Notes: generated by a model not told the origin, from the letters alone. Numbered from the stretch's first letter, positions 1 through 9,439 are shown. The stretch is DNA of 64,000 nt from Vulcanimicrobiota bacterium (GCA_050250895.1 JBFWNU010000001.1:3488149-3552148); one strand, 5' to 3'. Made by a program: numbers and translations.

Positions 1-672
1 ATAGTCGGCTGGCACGCCCTCGAACTTGCCGGTCAGGTTGTCGCCCTGGCGTTCTAGTTTGAGGTTGCTGGTCTGCTCGAAGCCCTGGGGCAGGATCACC
101 TCGACCTCCAGGGTGCCGAACGAGGCCCAGGCTTTGGCCGGGCTGAGCAAATAGACGAGCTGATGCTCACGATAGACCCGGTCGGTGGGGTGGTAGGCGC
201 CGGGCAGGCATTCATAGCTCACCTCGAGTTTGTGCTGGCCAGGGGTGAGAACAGGTTGAAAGCGCAGGCCGCCCAGCCCGTCTTCATACTCGCTGTTGGT
301 CGTTCCACCGTCGAGAGACGGCACTTTCTCAGGCGGAGCCCAGTCGGGAGGAGCCTCGCTGACCTCGACCTTCTCGGCTTGGATCGGCTGGCCGTCGAGG
401 CTGACCTGGCATTTATCCAGGGCCACGCTCACGAACAGCAACTCGGGGCTCTTCAGGCCGGCAGTATTCTCGAGGTCGTAGACGGCCGTGATCCTGGCCC
501 GGCCGTTGCGCTCGCTCAACGAGGTCAGGTCGAGGGTCAGGCGCTCGTGGCGTACGTGCAGGTCGGCCAGGGCACCCACCGGTTCGCCCACGGCATCCCC
601 GCGTTGCCAGGGGCTGGCCATGTTGGCGCTGGCGGGCAGGACGAGACAAAGCAGAAGGAGTAAGGTTCTCAC
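1..672 (-). CDS. Secreted hypothetical protein (DUF4424-like), runs off the left edge
   Basis: Not in the ORF track. Own translation from GTG 672 gives MRTLLLLLCLVLPASANMASPWQRGDAVGEP..LHVRHERLTLDL..YLLSPAKAWASFGTLEVEV, with an N-terminal signal peptide. Confidence 0.7.
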   Translation of the reverse strand, partial: MRTLLLLLCLVLPASANMASPWQRGDAVGEPVGALADLHVRHERLTLDLTSLSERNGRARITAVYDLENTAGLKSPELLFVSVALDKCQVSLDGQPIQAEKVEVSEAPPDWAPPEKVPSLDGGTTNSEYEDGLGGLRFQPVLTPGQHKLEVSYECLPGAYHPTDRVYREHQLVYLLSPAKAWASFGTLEVEVILPQGFEQTSNLKLERQGDNLTGKFEGVPADY

Positions 673-708
673 CCCGGCGAGTTCGTGGCCGCTCGGGCCT
701 GCGCCTGG

Positions 709-1047
709 CTAAAGCTCGAGCTGGGTGCCGAAAAGGACGTAATAGTTCTCGCTGGCCGCTTGAGCCATTTCAGGGTCCTCCAGGTGCCGGCGGCAGAGTT
801 CGAGGCGTTCCGCCATTCTGGCTGGACCGAAGTGGGTCGACAGCACCCGCAGGTCGTCGAGGTCCTTGGTGCGCCGCGACATCAGCTTGCCGGTGGCCAC
901 GTCGAGCGGATCGACGCAGTGGGCCTCGATGCGGAACAGGCGGGTGCGGTAGTCGGGCGATGGCTCGCAAACCTGCTGCTCGATCGCTTTGGCCAACTCG
1001 TTGGCGTCGAGCCTGGGGATGCGAGTTGTCAGCGTCCATAGGTCCAC
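709..1047 (-). pseudogene. Short or truncated DUF6036-like nucleotidyltransferase (C-terminal part only)
   Basis: Motif DYRTRL..CVDPLDVATGKLMSRRTKDLDDL; only 112 aa, with no N-terminal GG..TxDxD catalytic segment. Confidence 0.45.
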
Positions 1048-1087
1048 TCTGAGGATTTCTCAGGTCAGCCGGCTCGATCCTGGAAGG

Positions 1088-2320
1088 TCAGGCCGAGCCC
1101 GAGGCCGGCCAGTCGCGTTCGAGCACGCAGCCCCGGCGCAAATCGGCCAGGGAATAGTGGGTGCCGCGCCAGGTGGTGCCGTCGTTGACATAGGCGCGCA
1201 GGGTGCCCCACACCAGGGCGGCGCACAGGACCGGGATCATCAAGAGCTGAGTCAGTCCCTCGGCGCCGCTGCCGCCGGCCAGTCGCCGGGCGGCCAGGCC
1301 GTGAGCAGCCGTGGCCAGGGCGAAGGCGAGCAGGCTGGGCAGACTGGGGCCGAGCCAGAGCGGGCTGGCCAGAATCGCAAAGATGGCTAGCGGAAAGATG
1401 GCTTGCCAGGGCTGCCATTCTAGCGCGCACAGGGCGCGCTCGGCGTGGGCCCGCCAGGCCTTGAAGAGGCCCGGCATCCACTCCACCTCCAGGCAGTCGG
1501 TCAAATCGACCAGGGCCTGGTGCACACCGCTGCGGCGCAAGACCATGCCCAGCTTCATGTCGTCGGCCATGTCCATGGCCACCGCGGCGTAGCCTCCTAT
1601 CCGTTCATAATCGCTGCGACGAATCAGGTTGAACGCGCCCACCCCGGCATAGCCGGCGCTGCCGGGGTGGGCAAGCTGCCAGCAGCGAAAGCGGATCAGA
1701 ATCCACATCAGGCTCGAGCTGAGAAAGGCCCGTTCCCAGAACGTGCGGGCCACGATCAAGGGCATTCCGGCCAGGTGGCCCAGGTCGTGGGCCAGCGCGT
1801 GGGCCATTGCCTGGCGCAACACCCCCGGTCCGTGGTGGACATCGCCATCGGTGAAGAGCACCCAGTCACCACTCGCCTGGGCGGCGCCGCGATGGCAGGC
1901 GTGATTCTTCCCCAGCCAGCCCGGGGGAAGGTCGTGGATGTGAACCACCTTGAGACGCGGGTCGGCCGCTGCCAGCCGCTCGAGAATCTCGCCGGTGCCG
2001 TCGTCGGAGCGGTCGTTGACGGCGATCACCTCAAGCGCGGGATAGTCGCTGGCAAGGAGCGAGCGGGTGGCCGATTCGACGGCTACCGCCTCATTGCGCG
2101 AAGGAGCGATCACACTGACTCGGGGCCATTGGGTTGGCTCGGGCCCCTGGGGCCGGGGAGTGCTGCGCACGGCCAGATTGACGAACCAGAGCACCGCCGC
2201 CCAGAGAATGACCGGCAGCCATGGGTAACAGCCAGGTAAACTGCTGTTGCCAAGAGTTGAACCGGTGGCGAGATGCCAGAATCCGTCGACCAGGGTCAGC
2301 CAGGAAGTGATATAAATCAT
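1088..2320 (-). CDS. Family 2 glycosyltransferase, membrane-associated (HpnB/CrtQ-like)
   Basis: VSVIAPSRNE, VNDRSDDGT, PPGWLGKNHAC, LFTDGD, DDMKLG motifs; hydrophobic N- and C-terminal segments. Confidence 0.9.
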   Translation of the reverse strand: MIYITSWLTLVDGFWHLATGSTLGNSSLPGCYPWLPVILWAAVLWFVNLAVRSTPRPQGPEPTQWPRVSVIAPSRNEAVAVESATRSLLASDYPALEVIAVNDRSDDGTGEILERLAAADPRLKVVHIHDLPPGWLGKNHACHRGAAQASGDWVLFTDGDVHHGPGVLRQAMAHALAHDLGHLAGMPLIVARTFWERAFLSSSLMWILIRFRCWQLAHPGSAGYAGVGAFNLIRRSDYERIGGYAAVAMDMADDMKLGMVLRRSGVHQALVDLTDCLEVEWMPGLFKAWRAHAERALCALEWQPWQAIFPLAIFAILASPLWLGPSLPSLLAFALATAAHGLAARRLAGGSGAEGLTQLLMIPVLCAALVWGTLRAYVNDGTTWRGTHYSLADLRRGCVLERDWPASGSA

Positions 2321-2343
2321 TTAGCTCCGTAAACCGTCTGGGA

Positions 2344-3579
2344 TTGACTGAAGACGTGGTTCTTAGAAACCGAGATTTCGCCCTGCTCTGGTGTGGTCAG
2401 CTGGTCTCGCAGCTGGGCAACCAGTTCAACTACATCGCCCTGGCCTGGCTGGTGCTGACCACCACCGGGTCGAGCGTCGCCATGAGCGGCGTGTTTCTGG
2501 CCCAGGTCTTACCCAACGCGCTGTTCGGCTGTTTTGCCGGGGTGGTGGTTGACCGCTGCGACCGTCGCCGGTTGATGCTGTTCACTGACTGGCTGCGGGC
2601 CGGGCTGGTCCTGGCGCTGCCTGGACTGGTGCTGTATGGCGCCTTGCCGCTGGCGGCCATCTATGGGGTAACCTTCCTGGTGTCGAGCTTGAGCCTGCTT
2701 TTCTATGCCAGCGAGAAGTCGATGCTGCCCAACCTGGTCAGCTCCGACGAGCTGACCGAAGCCAACGCTTATTCAGAAATGACGGCTCAGGCAGCCGGCC
2801 TGGTGGGCCCGGTCCTGGCGGGGCTGTTGGTGGCCGTCTTGCCTTCGCCCGTCTATGTGCTTTTTTTGGATGGCGCAAGCTTTGCGGTCTCGGCCCTGAC
2901 TTTGCTGGCCATGCGTTGGCGCGACGCGCGCAGACCCACCGAGCGCCTGCGGGTCAGCCAGTGGCTGAGCGAGGGCCTGGCGGGCATCCGCTACCTGGTG
3001 CGCGGTCGCTTCTTGCGCATCGTTTTTCTCACCGCCACGGCCGTTAATTTTCTGGTCATGCCGTTTGCGGTGGTCTTTCCGGTCTATGCCAGAGAGGTGC
3101 TGCTGGCCGGTGCCCCCGGTTTTGGCTGGCTGATGGGAGGCATCGGAGCCGGTATGCTTCTTGGCTCCCTGGCGGCCGGCTGGCTGGCGCGGCGCCTCGA
3201 GCCGGCCGTGATCGTGTATGCCGGCATGGCTCTGTTGGGAGTCAGCTTCGCCCTGATGGCTCACGTCGATCACCTGGGTCCCGCGATTTTGTTAGCCGCG
3301 GTGGCCGGCTTTGGGGTTTCGCCCGGCAACGCCGTGATCCTGACGATGGTGCAGCGGACCACTCCTGAAGAGATGCAGGGCCGGGTGTTTTCGAGTCTTT
3401 TTGCGGTAGTGGGGATGGCCGCCCCGCTGGGGGTGGGATTGGCCGGTCCCCTGTTGGGGGTGGTGGGACCGGCGACCTTGTTGGGCTGGATCGGCGGGCT
3501 GACTCTTTTGGCGGCCGGGTGGGGTTATCTGCTGTTGGCCGAAGAGCCCATCAGCCTTGCAGGTTGCGAGCCAGAATGA
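2344..3579 (+). CDS. MFS transporter (DHA3/macrolide-efflux-like)
   Basis: RNRDFALLWCGQLVSQLG, GVVVDRCDRRRLM motif A, MQGRVFS; about 12 TM segments. Confidence 0.9.
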   Translation: MTEDVVLRNRDFALLWCGQLVSQLGNQFNYIALAWLVLTTTGSSVAMSGVFLAQVLPNALFGCFAGVVVDRCDRRRLMLFTDWLRAGLVLALPGLVLYGALPLAAIYGVTFLVSSLSLLFYASEKSMLPNLVSSDELTEANAYSEMTAQAAGLVGPVLAGLLVAVLPSPVYVLFLDGASFAVSALTLLAMRWRDARRPTERLRVSQWLSEGLAGIRYLVRGRFLRIVFLTATAVNFLVMPFAVVFPVYAREVLLAGAPGFGWLMGGIGAGMLLGSLAAGWLARRLEPAVIVYAGMALLGVSFALMAHVDHLGPAILLAAVAGFGVSPGNAVILTMVQRTTPEEMQGRVFSSLFAVVGMAAPLGVGLAGPLLGVVGPATLLGWIGGLTLLAAGWGYLLLAEEPISLAGCEPE

Positions 3580-4261
3580 CCAGCGCCACCACCACCAGCA
3601 TGACGCCGAAGCCCTGTTTGAGCTGTTCTTGATCGACCCGGCGGGCCAGTTTGGTGCCCGCGTACATTCCCGCCAGGGCAGCGGTCAGAAAGCCGGCCAC
3701 CAGACCCCAATCGAAGTGAGTCGTGCGCGAATAGCCCAGCAGGCCTACTGCCGAGTTGGCCGCGATGATAGCCAATGAGGTGGGCACTGCCGCGCTCATC
3801 TCGAGGCCGACCAGCAACACCAGGGCTGGCACGATGAGAAAGCCTCCACCCACTCCTACCAAACCGGTGAAAAGGCCCACTCCGAAGGCTTGCAGCGCCA
3901 GGGGTATCTTTAGGGGCCGGCGCTCTTTCTTGAGCATTCCGGCGGCCGAGCCCAGCATCATCACGGCAAAGAGAATCATCTGGGCCGGCCCGCTCATCCA
4001 GTGGGCTAGAAAGGTGCCCAGGGCCGTGCCGAACGAGCCGAACAGGGCGAAGAAGAGAGCTGTCCTCCAGACCACTGCCTTATGATGAACAGCCGCTCCC
4101 ACCAGCGCGATGGCGCCCACGATGGCCAAACTGGTGGCGATCGCCGTTTTGGCTTCGAGCCCACCCACCTCGTGCAGGATCGGAACGGCCAGGATCGAGC
4201 CACCGGCACCGAGCATCCCGAGGGAGACACCCACCAGAGCCGCTAAAAAATAGAATAACAT
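3551..4261 (-). CDS. Sulfite exporter TauE/SafE family protein
   Basis: GMLGAGGSILAVP and GLVGVGGGFLIVPAL repeats, AVPTSL. Confidence 0.9.
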   Translation of the reverse strand: MLFYFLAALVGVSLGMLGAGGSILAVPILHEVGGLEAKTAIATSLAIVGAIALVGAAVHHKAVVWRTALFFALFGSFGTALGTFLAHWMSGPAQMILFAVMMLGSAAGMLKKERRPLKIPLALQAFGVGLFTGLVGVGGGFLIVPALVLLVGLEMSAAVPTSLAIIAANSAVGLLGYSRTTHFDWGLVAGFLTAALAGMYAGTKLARRVDQEQLKQGFGVMLVVVALVILARNLQG

Positions 4262-4264
4262 CTG

Positions 4265-4280
4265 TATATGTAAATATATT
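4265..4280. promoter_or_regulatory. AT-rich inverted repeat just upstream of the tauE-like gene; candidate repressor operator
   Basis: TATAT-GTAA-ATATA in an AT island abutting the ATG at 4261. Confidence 0.4.
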
Positions 4281-4304
4281 GTCTCTGCCGGGAAAACGCA
4301 AGCC

Positions 4305-5450
4305 TTACGGCTCCAGAGTCAGGCCGTGCAATCCCAGCGAGGTCCGCAGGTGGTCGTGCAGAGCGACCTGCTCGGCCGGCCGGGCCGGTCCGGCCTGCCG
4401 GCCTCGAACCACTCCGATTTTGCGCCAGTGGCGACACAGCGGGGCCAGGCTCTGGCGGGCCATTCTCCAGAGGCGGTCGAGCAGGTCGGCGTAGGCCTGG
4501 TCTTCGACCACCTGAAACTCGCTCAGGTCGAGTTGCAAGCCATGTCCGCTCAAGAAGGCTTCCATGCCGGACAGGCCGATGTCCACTCGCTTCGGGGGCA
4601 GGGTGACCCCGTCGACCACGATTGTGAGCCGGGTCGAGCCGATCCATTTGCGAGCGAACCGCATAACCATCTGGCAGGGCATGCGCTCGCCTTCGGCCGG
4701 GGCCTCGAAGGCCACCAGCCAGGTCGGGGACGAGCCGACCCGACCACCCTGCCAGGCAAACAGACCGGGTTCGACCTCCTGGTAGGCAGCCAGCGACGGG
4801 TTGGGCAAGCTCAAGCCCGAACCGGCCTGATACCGGCAAAGCAAAGCCTCGGGCCGGGTCAGGCTGCTCCAGGTCGGGCGACCGTTGACCACCACCGGCA
4901 CGGGCGAGAAGGCGGTGGCCGAGGTGACCGCGTCGAGTTCGGCCCTCACCGCCCGCGCCTGATCCAGCCTCGGTCGGGTCAACAGCAATTGATAGAGGTG
5001 GCGATGCTCGGGCACCTCGGGCCGTGGGGGCCCCGCCACGAGCTCGGCCTGATCGCCCTCCACCGCCAGCTGCAGGCTGCTCTGGCGGGTCGAGTGGGTC
5101 CATTCGAAGCGGCCCAGCGGGGCGGTATTGAGACCCACCGCCAGGTGACGCACGGCGGGGTCGGCCACCTGCTGGGGATTCTCCAGGGCTTTGAGCAAGG
5201 CCTCGGGCGTGGCGGCCCGAGACGAGAGAAAGCCCAGGCGGGTCGAGCGCTGGCCGATGGCAAGCTCCACCCGATCCGCCTCGAGAGCCACCCCCGCCTG
5301 AACGAGTTTGAGCAGATAGAAGTTGGGGTCGGCCAGCGCAAAGCGGCGCAGGGTGGCCTGAGCCCGAGCCAGGTTGAGGGTGAAAACACCGCTCGAGTCC
5401 TGGCTGCCCAGCTGACGCTGGTGGTCGAGAAAGTCGTCGAGTTCGCTCAC
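4305..5450 (-). CDS. Hypothetical protein with degenerate HSP90/GHKL-like N-terminus
   Basis: GTG 5450 overlaps the nfi stop (GTGA); SSGVFTLNLARA..LRRFALADPNFYLLKLVQAGV; paralogue of 50352-51626. Confidence 0.75.
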   Translation of the reverse strand: MSELDDFLDHQRQLGSQDSSGVFTLNLARAQATLRRFALADPNFYLLKLVQAGVALEADRVELAIGQRSTRLGFLSSRAATPEALLKALENPQQVADPAVRHLAVGLNTAPLGRFEWTHSTRQSSLQLAVEGDQAELVAGPPRPEVPEHRHLYQLLLTRPRLDQARAVRAELDAVTSATAFSPVPVVVNGRPTWSSLTRPEALLCRYQAGSGLSLPNPSLAAYQEVEPGLFAWQGGRVGSSPTWLVAFEAPAEGERMPCQMVMRFARKWIGSTRLTIVVDGVTLPPKRVDIGLSGMEAFLSGHGLQLDLSEFQVVEDQAYADLLDRLWRMARQSLAPLCRHWRKIGVVRGRQAGPARPAEQVALHDHLRTSLGLHGLTLEP

Positions 5451-6118
5451 ACCCGGCCCGCTCGCAGCTCGATGGAGTAGTGGTGAGCCCAACGCTGCGG
5501 CTCGGGAAAACGAAACTTCGAGTGGGCCAGCGTGAGGGCGATGGCGCCGTCTAGATCGCAGAGGTGGCCCACCGACACGAACAGCGGCCTGACACCACTT
5601 CGCGTTACCAGAGCCGCTCCGATCACCTCGCCCCGGTCGAGCACGGGCGACCAGCAGCCGCGTTCGGGTTGGGGAAGGGTGAACTCTCCCACCATCGACT
5701 GCTTGGCCACCCCCACGGTGGGAATCTCGAAGCTCAGGCCCAGCTGGCAGGCCAGGCCGAAGCGGCGAGGATGGGCCCGACCGTGGCCGTCGACCATGAG
5801 CGCCTCGACTGGTTCGCGCAACCTTTCGAGCACCCGGCTGGCGCACTCGACCTCACGCGCTGCGAACAGTCCCGGCTGGTAGTCGTCAGGACACTCCAGG
5901 GTGAGCACCTGGTGCTCCACCAGCCGGGCTCCTTCCACCACCACCGCGGCGGCGAAGGCCCATCGGTCGCGATAGGCGACATCCACGGCGGCGACTCGTG
6001 AACATGGGGCCAGCGGCGATTCACGAATCTGGTGGGCCAGTTCGGCCTGACGGGCCGCCGGCTCGGAACCCAGCTCGATGACTCGTTGGCGTAGCACCTC
6101 GACCCTTTCGGTCGGCAC
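5447..6118 (-). CDS. nfi: Endonuclease V
   Basis: VAAVDVAY, YQPGLFAARE, MVDGHGRAHPRRFGLAC, GVAK, PLFVSVGH, FRFPEPQRWAH; start uncertain (6118-6211). Confidence 0.92.
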   Translation of the reverse strand: MPTERVEVLRQRVIELGSEPAARQAELAHQIRESPLAPCSRVAAVDVAYRDRWAFAAAVVVEGARLVEHQVLTLECPDDYQPGLFAAREVECASRVLERLREPVEALMVDGHGRAHPRRFGLACQLGLSFEIPTVGVAKQSMVGEFTLPQPERGCWSPVLDRGEVIGAALVTRSGVRPLFVSVGHLCDLDGAIALTLAHSKFRFPEPQRWAHHYSIELRAGRV

Positions 6119-6250
6119 GCTGGCCCACTCCTGTTGGTTAGCGTTCCTTAAGACTTGTCTTCGGTAACATTCCGATAACATCTGCCGGCCCGATTCCATA
6201 ACCGATTCCAAGTTTGGAAACTAGGCTGAAATTAGCGACAGGGGGCAACC

Positions 6251-6967
6251 ATGAGCATTCAATCTCACTCTCAGGGCATCCGCGTAGGTCACCAGCCACA
6301 GCTCCGAGGACACGGTTTTCAGCAGGATGGCGGCGCCTGGTTCCACCAGGACCAGAAGGTCACCCACACCCCGCAAGGCGACATCGTCGACAGTTACACC
6401 CAGACGGGCGCGGGACATCTCCAGGGCGAGACCAGTCCGGACAAGTCCATGGCTGACGCTCTCTATAACGGCTTCAAGTTCGCGACCCACGATGTCAAGG
6501 GCGGCGGGCACGACAGCAGCAGCATCGAGGCGCAGGTCGGTTTCAAGCAAGAAGGCCACCTCTACTCCAAAGAGGTCAAGCAGGGCGACCTGACCTTCAA
6601 GAGCGCCTTCCATAGCAATTCCGACGTGGGACTCGGGATGAAGTATACCCGCACCTCGGTCAAAACCCGAGACCGCGAGGAACACGGCTCTACCCTCGAG
6701 TTCAACGGGCCCAGCCTGGGTTACAAGGGCGATGCCGAGGTGAAGACCAGGTCGGGCAGTTCGCTCGCGCTGCACGGCAACCTTGGGCTGGGTGCCAGCG
6801 GGCAAGGTGGTCTACATTTTAGCCACGACAAGCACCATGAAGGCGTCAGCTTCAACATGGCCGGCAACGGATTCGATCTCAGCGTCAGCCGGCGGGATCT
6901 CGATCAGATGCGGCGGGCGGCCAGTCAGCTACCGCTGGTGGGCGGTCTCTTCGATCACCAGGGTTAG
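6251..6967 (+). CDS. Hypothetical G/S/H-rich protein
   Basis: ATG with GGGGG SD-like run; coherent 238-aa ORF with GC3-rich codons. Confidence 0.75.
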   Translation: MSIQSHSQGIRVGHQPQLRGHGFQQDGGAWFHQDQKVTHTPQGDIVDSYTQTGAGHLQGETSPDKSMADALYNGFKFATHDVKGGGHDSSSIEAQVGFKQEGHLYSKEVKQGDLTFKSAFHSNSDVGLGMKYTRTSVKTRDREEHGSTLEFNGPSLGYKGDAEVKTRSGSSLALHGNLGLGASGQGGLHFSHDKHHEGVSFNMAGNGFDLSVSRRDLDQMRRAASQLPLVGGLFDHQG

Positions 6968-7038
6968 TTGCGAAACAGCCTCGTCGAAGACGGCGAACCC
7001 TTGGAGGAGCCCGGGGCCGGCCGGGGAAGACGCCCTCG

Positions 7039-7332
7039 ATGGACTCGTTTCTGGCCGCCGGACTCCCTCCCGAACTTGCCAGCTTGTTGGCCGATGTGCA
7101 ACAGGAAGAGCCGGCCGAGGTGGCCCGTCGGACCATCACCCTCATCGGCAAGACACCCTCGCCCGACCAGCAGGCCGAGATTGGCCGTCACGCCCTGAAT
7201 TTTCTCAAACCGCGGCTCGAGCCCAGTCAGATCGAGACGGTCGAGCGGGCGCTGGAAGTGATGGACAAGTTTCCCCACTTTCCCCGCCCCCGAGCCGGAG
7301 TGGCCCTCAAAGCCCTCAAGGCTCTGTGCTAG
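7039..7332 (+). CDS. Small helical hypothetical protein
   Basis: 97 aa, GGGGA upstream, normal codon usage. Confidence 0.6.
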   Translation: MDSFLAAGLPPELASLLADVQQEEPAEVARRTITLIGKTPSPDQQAEIGRHALNFLKPRLEPSQIETVERALEVMDKFPHFPRPRAGVALKALKALC

Positions 7333-7927
7333 AACAGAACTCCGAAGGCCCCTCCAGGGGGCAACCGTAGCAGGGAGGCCGTGGCGTCTGAGCCTGTCCC
7401 TCCCCCCGAAGATAGAGATAGAGCGCCGTCTTGCCGATCGATTCGCCTTGATGGCCCCGCGACGGGGTGATACCTCCGCAAAAGCGCAACCGCCCCCGGC
7501 TGTCGTAGACCACCACCTCACCTGAGGTATGGATCCCGAAGCGGTGGCTTTCCAGGGCTTCCTGGTCAAGCCTGGTCTCGAGCCCCGTCGAGCCGGTGGC
7601 GATGCGCTTGAGCAGGCCGTCTTCCCAGCCTGCCTCGACGCCCGACGGCAGCGTAAATAGGACATACACCCTGGGAGGAGCAGGCAGTCGAGCCAACAGG
7701 CGCCGCAGTTCTTCGAGGCTGGCCACGGTGCAAGGGCACTTCGGATGGACGAAGAGGAGCAGGGTATCGCGTTGTGAATCGAGTTCCAACGCACTCTTCC
7801 GAGGCCAGGCCACAGGTGCCTGGCCAGCCTGGCCCGGCGCGCCCTGGTATTGATACAGCACTACCAGGCAAGCTGCCACTGCGGTCAGCCACAGGCTGGC
7901 TCCAACCAGCGACAGATAACGCTTCAA
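7316..7927 (-). CDS. RedB-like membrane-anchored thioredoxin-fold protein
   Basis: N-terminal TM; FVHPKCPCTVASLEEL, TSGEVVVYD, GGITPSRGHQG, C-terminal YGC. Confidence 0.75.
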   Translation of the reverse strand: MKRYLSLVGASLWLTAVAACLVVLYQYQGAPGQAGQAPVAWPRKSALELDSQRDTLLLFVHPKCPCTVASLEELRRLLARLPAPPRVYVLFTLPSGVEAGWEDGLLKRIATGSTGLETRLDQEALESHRFGIHTSGEVVVYDSRGRLRFCGGITPSRGHQGESIGKTALYLYLRGEGQAQTPRPPCYGCPLEGPSEFCSSTEP

Positions 7928-8313
7928 GCGCTTTCTCGCTTGCGTTGACGGTGTTGCTCGAAGGCTCCGGTGACGGCCTTGACCAACTCAGCCATGGGAT
8001 GGGGCTTGGTGAGAAAGCGAAACACTCGCCCGTCTTGCAGGGCCTCGGCGGCGAGGCCTAGATCCGACTGTCCGGTGAGGATGATGGCCACCGTGAAAGG
8101 CCAGCGATCGCGGATTCTCGCCAGCAGCGTCAAGCCATCCATGACGGGCATATTGAGGTCGGAGACCACCACCGGATAATCGGTTTGCTCGAGTTTTTGC
8201 AGGGCTTCGACCGGACCCAGGGCGGTCTCGACCTGCAGAGTGCGTCGCAGGCAGCGACGATAGGTCGCCAGCAGAGCCTCGTCGTCATCCACCAACAGGA
8301 GCCGGTCAGCCAC
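7924..8313 (-). CDS. Single-domain response regulator
   Basis: LLVDDD, VSDLNMP, ILTG, FLTKP. Confidence 0.9.
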   Translation of the reverse strand: MADRLLLVDDDEALLATYRRCLRRTLQVETALGPVEALQKLEQTDYPVVVSDLNMPVMDGLTLLARIRDRWPFTVAIILTGQSDLGLAAEALQDGRVFRFLTKPHPMAELVKAVTGAFEQHRQRKRESA

Positions 8314-9439
8314 GTTCGTGACCCCAATCCTGGTCGGTCCACAGGTGCGATTCGGCTGCCCTCCGAGCCTGCTCGGTCAGAGCCAGGACGCGGGCTTCGA
8401 GCCATTGATCGGGGAGAGAATCGGTCTGGTTTTCTAGCAAGGCGTGGGCCAGCCAGACATAACTGCTGGGACACCGTTTGAGGTTGAGGGTGCGGGCGTG
8501 CATGGTGCCGGTCGCGGCCAGTACGGTGGGCGGACAGCCCCACAGAGACATCAGATACTGGCTGGCCAATCGAGCGGTTTGGGGATCCGAGCCCAGCGCC
8601 TCATCAAGCAGCGGGTTGGCGCGCTGCAAGTGGATCGGCATCTCGGTGAGGCGGGCGGCCACCCAGGTCGTTCGGAGCTCGGAGAGTCCGAGCCCGTCCA
8701 GCCGCGCCAGGCGGGGGGCCAGCCAGCAGAGGGCGCGGGTGGGCTGACCACACGGTCGAGCACGGCAGTCGGTGGGCCGGTCGGGGGTGCCGGAGAGGAA
8801 GGCCCGCAAAGGCTCTAAGGCCAGAGCCTCGCGCAGACCCGCCTGATAGCCAAGCTCGCGAGGATGACCCAGGAAATAGGTGTTGAAGATGCGCAGGAGC
8901 TGGCAGTAGAGTCCCAGATCGTCGTGGGCGATGAGGGCCAGAGACTCGAGATTTGGACTGGTCCGGCTCAGCTCCTGAGAGAAGCTCTCGAGAGTCTCGG
9001 GATGACACGGCAGGTCTCTTAGCCCGCACAGTTCGGAGCGCACAGCGGGGGGAAGCTGGTCACCCAGCTCAAACGCCGTCTCGAGGCTGGCCACCAGCGC
9101 TTCCATCTGACACGGCTTGGTCCAGAACTGGTGGAGATATTCGGCTGAGTCGGCCAGTCTTCGGGTCTCGCTATAGCCTGACAGGCCGACTCTGAGACCG
9201 GACGGGTCGATTCCGTGAACTCGTCGCACCAGTTCGGCTCCATCCATGCCGGGCATTCGCATGTCGGACACGATGGCGTCATAACTCTCTTGGGCGTGGG
9301 CATCGAGAGCTTGAGGACCGCTGGTCACGAAGTCGAAGGTCCAGCCGGGTCGGCAGCGACGAAGCACGCGCCGCAGGCCGCCAAGGATGTTCAGTTCGTC
9401 GTCAACAAATAGCAGGCGTTTTGGGGTCATAGCACTCAC
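8306..9439 (-). CDS. Response regulator with HDOD-like output domain
   Basis: LFVDDE, VSDMRMPGMDG, TKP; then LPCHP..IAHDDLGLYCQLLRIFN..YLMSLWGCP. Confidence 0.85.
   Translation of the reverse strand: MSAMTPKRLLFVDDELNILGGLRRVLRRCRPGWTFDFVTSGPQALDAHAQESYDAIVSDMRMPGMDGAELVRRVHGIDPSGLRVGLSGYSETRRLADSAEYLHQFWTKPCQMEALVASLETAFELGDQLPPAVRSELCGLRDLPCHPETLESFSQELSRTSPNLESLALIAHDDLGLYCQLLRIFNTYFLGHPRELGYQAGLREALALEPLRAFLSGTPDRPTDCRARPCGQPTRALCWLAPRLARLDGLGLSELRTTWVAARLTEMPIHLQRANPLLDEALGSDPQTARLASQYLMSLWGCPPTVLAATGTMHARTLNLKRCPSSYVWLAHALLENQTDSLPDQWLEARVLALTEQARRAAESHLWTDQDWGHERG

Noticed and set aside
5451-5846. Long N-terminal extensions in the ORF track (4305-5846, 14686-16737, 23091-25910, 53606-54733, 12981-13868)
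   Set aside because: They overlap well-supported neighbouring genes and are Arg/Pro/Gly-rich noise. Coupled downstream starts fit better.
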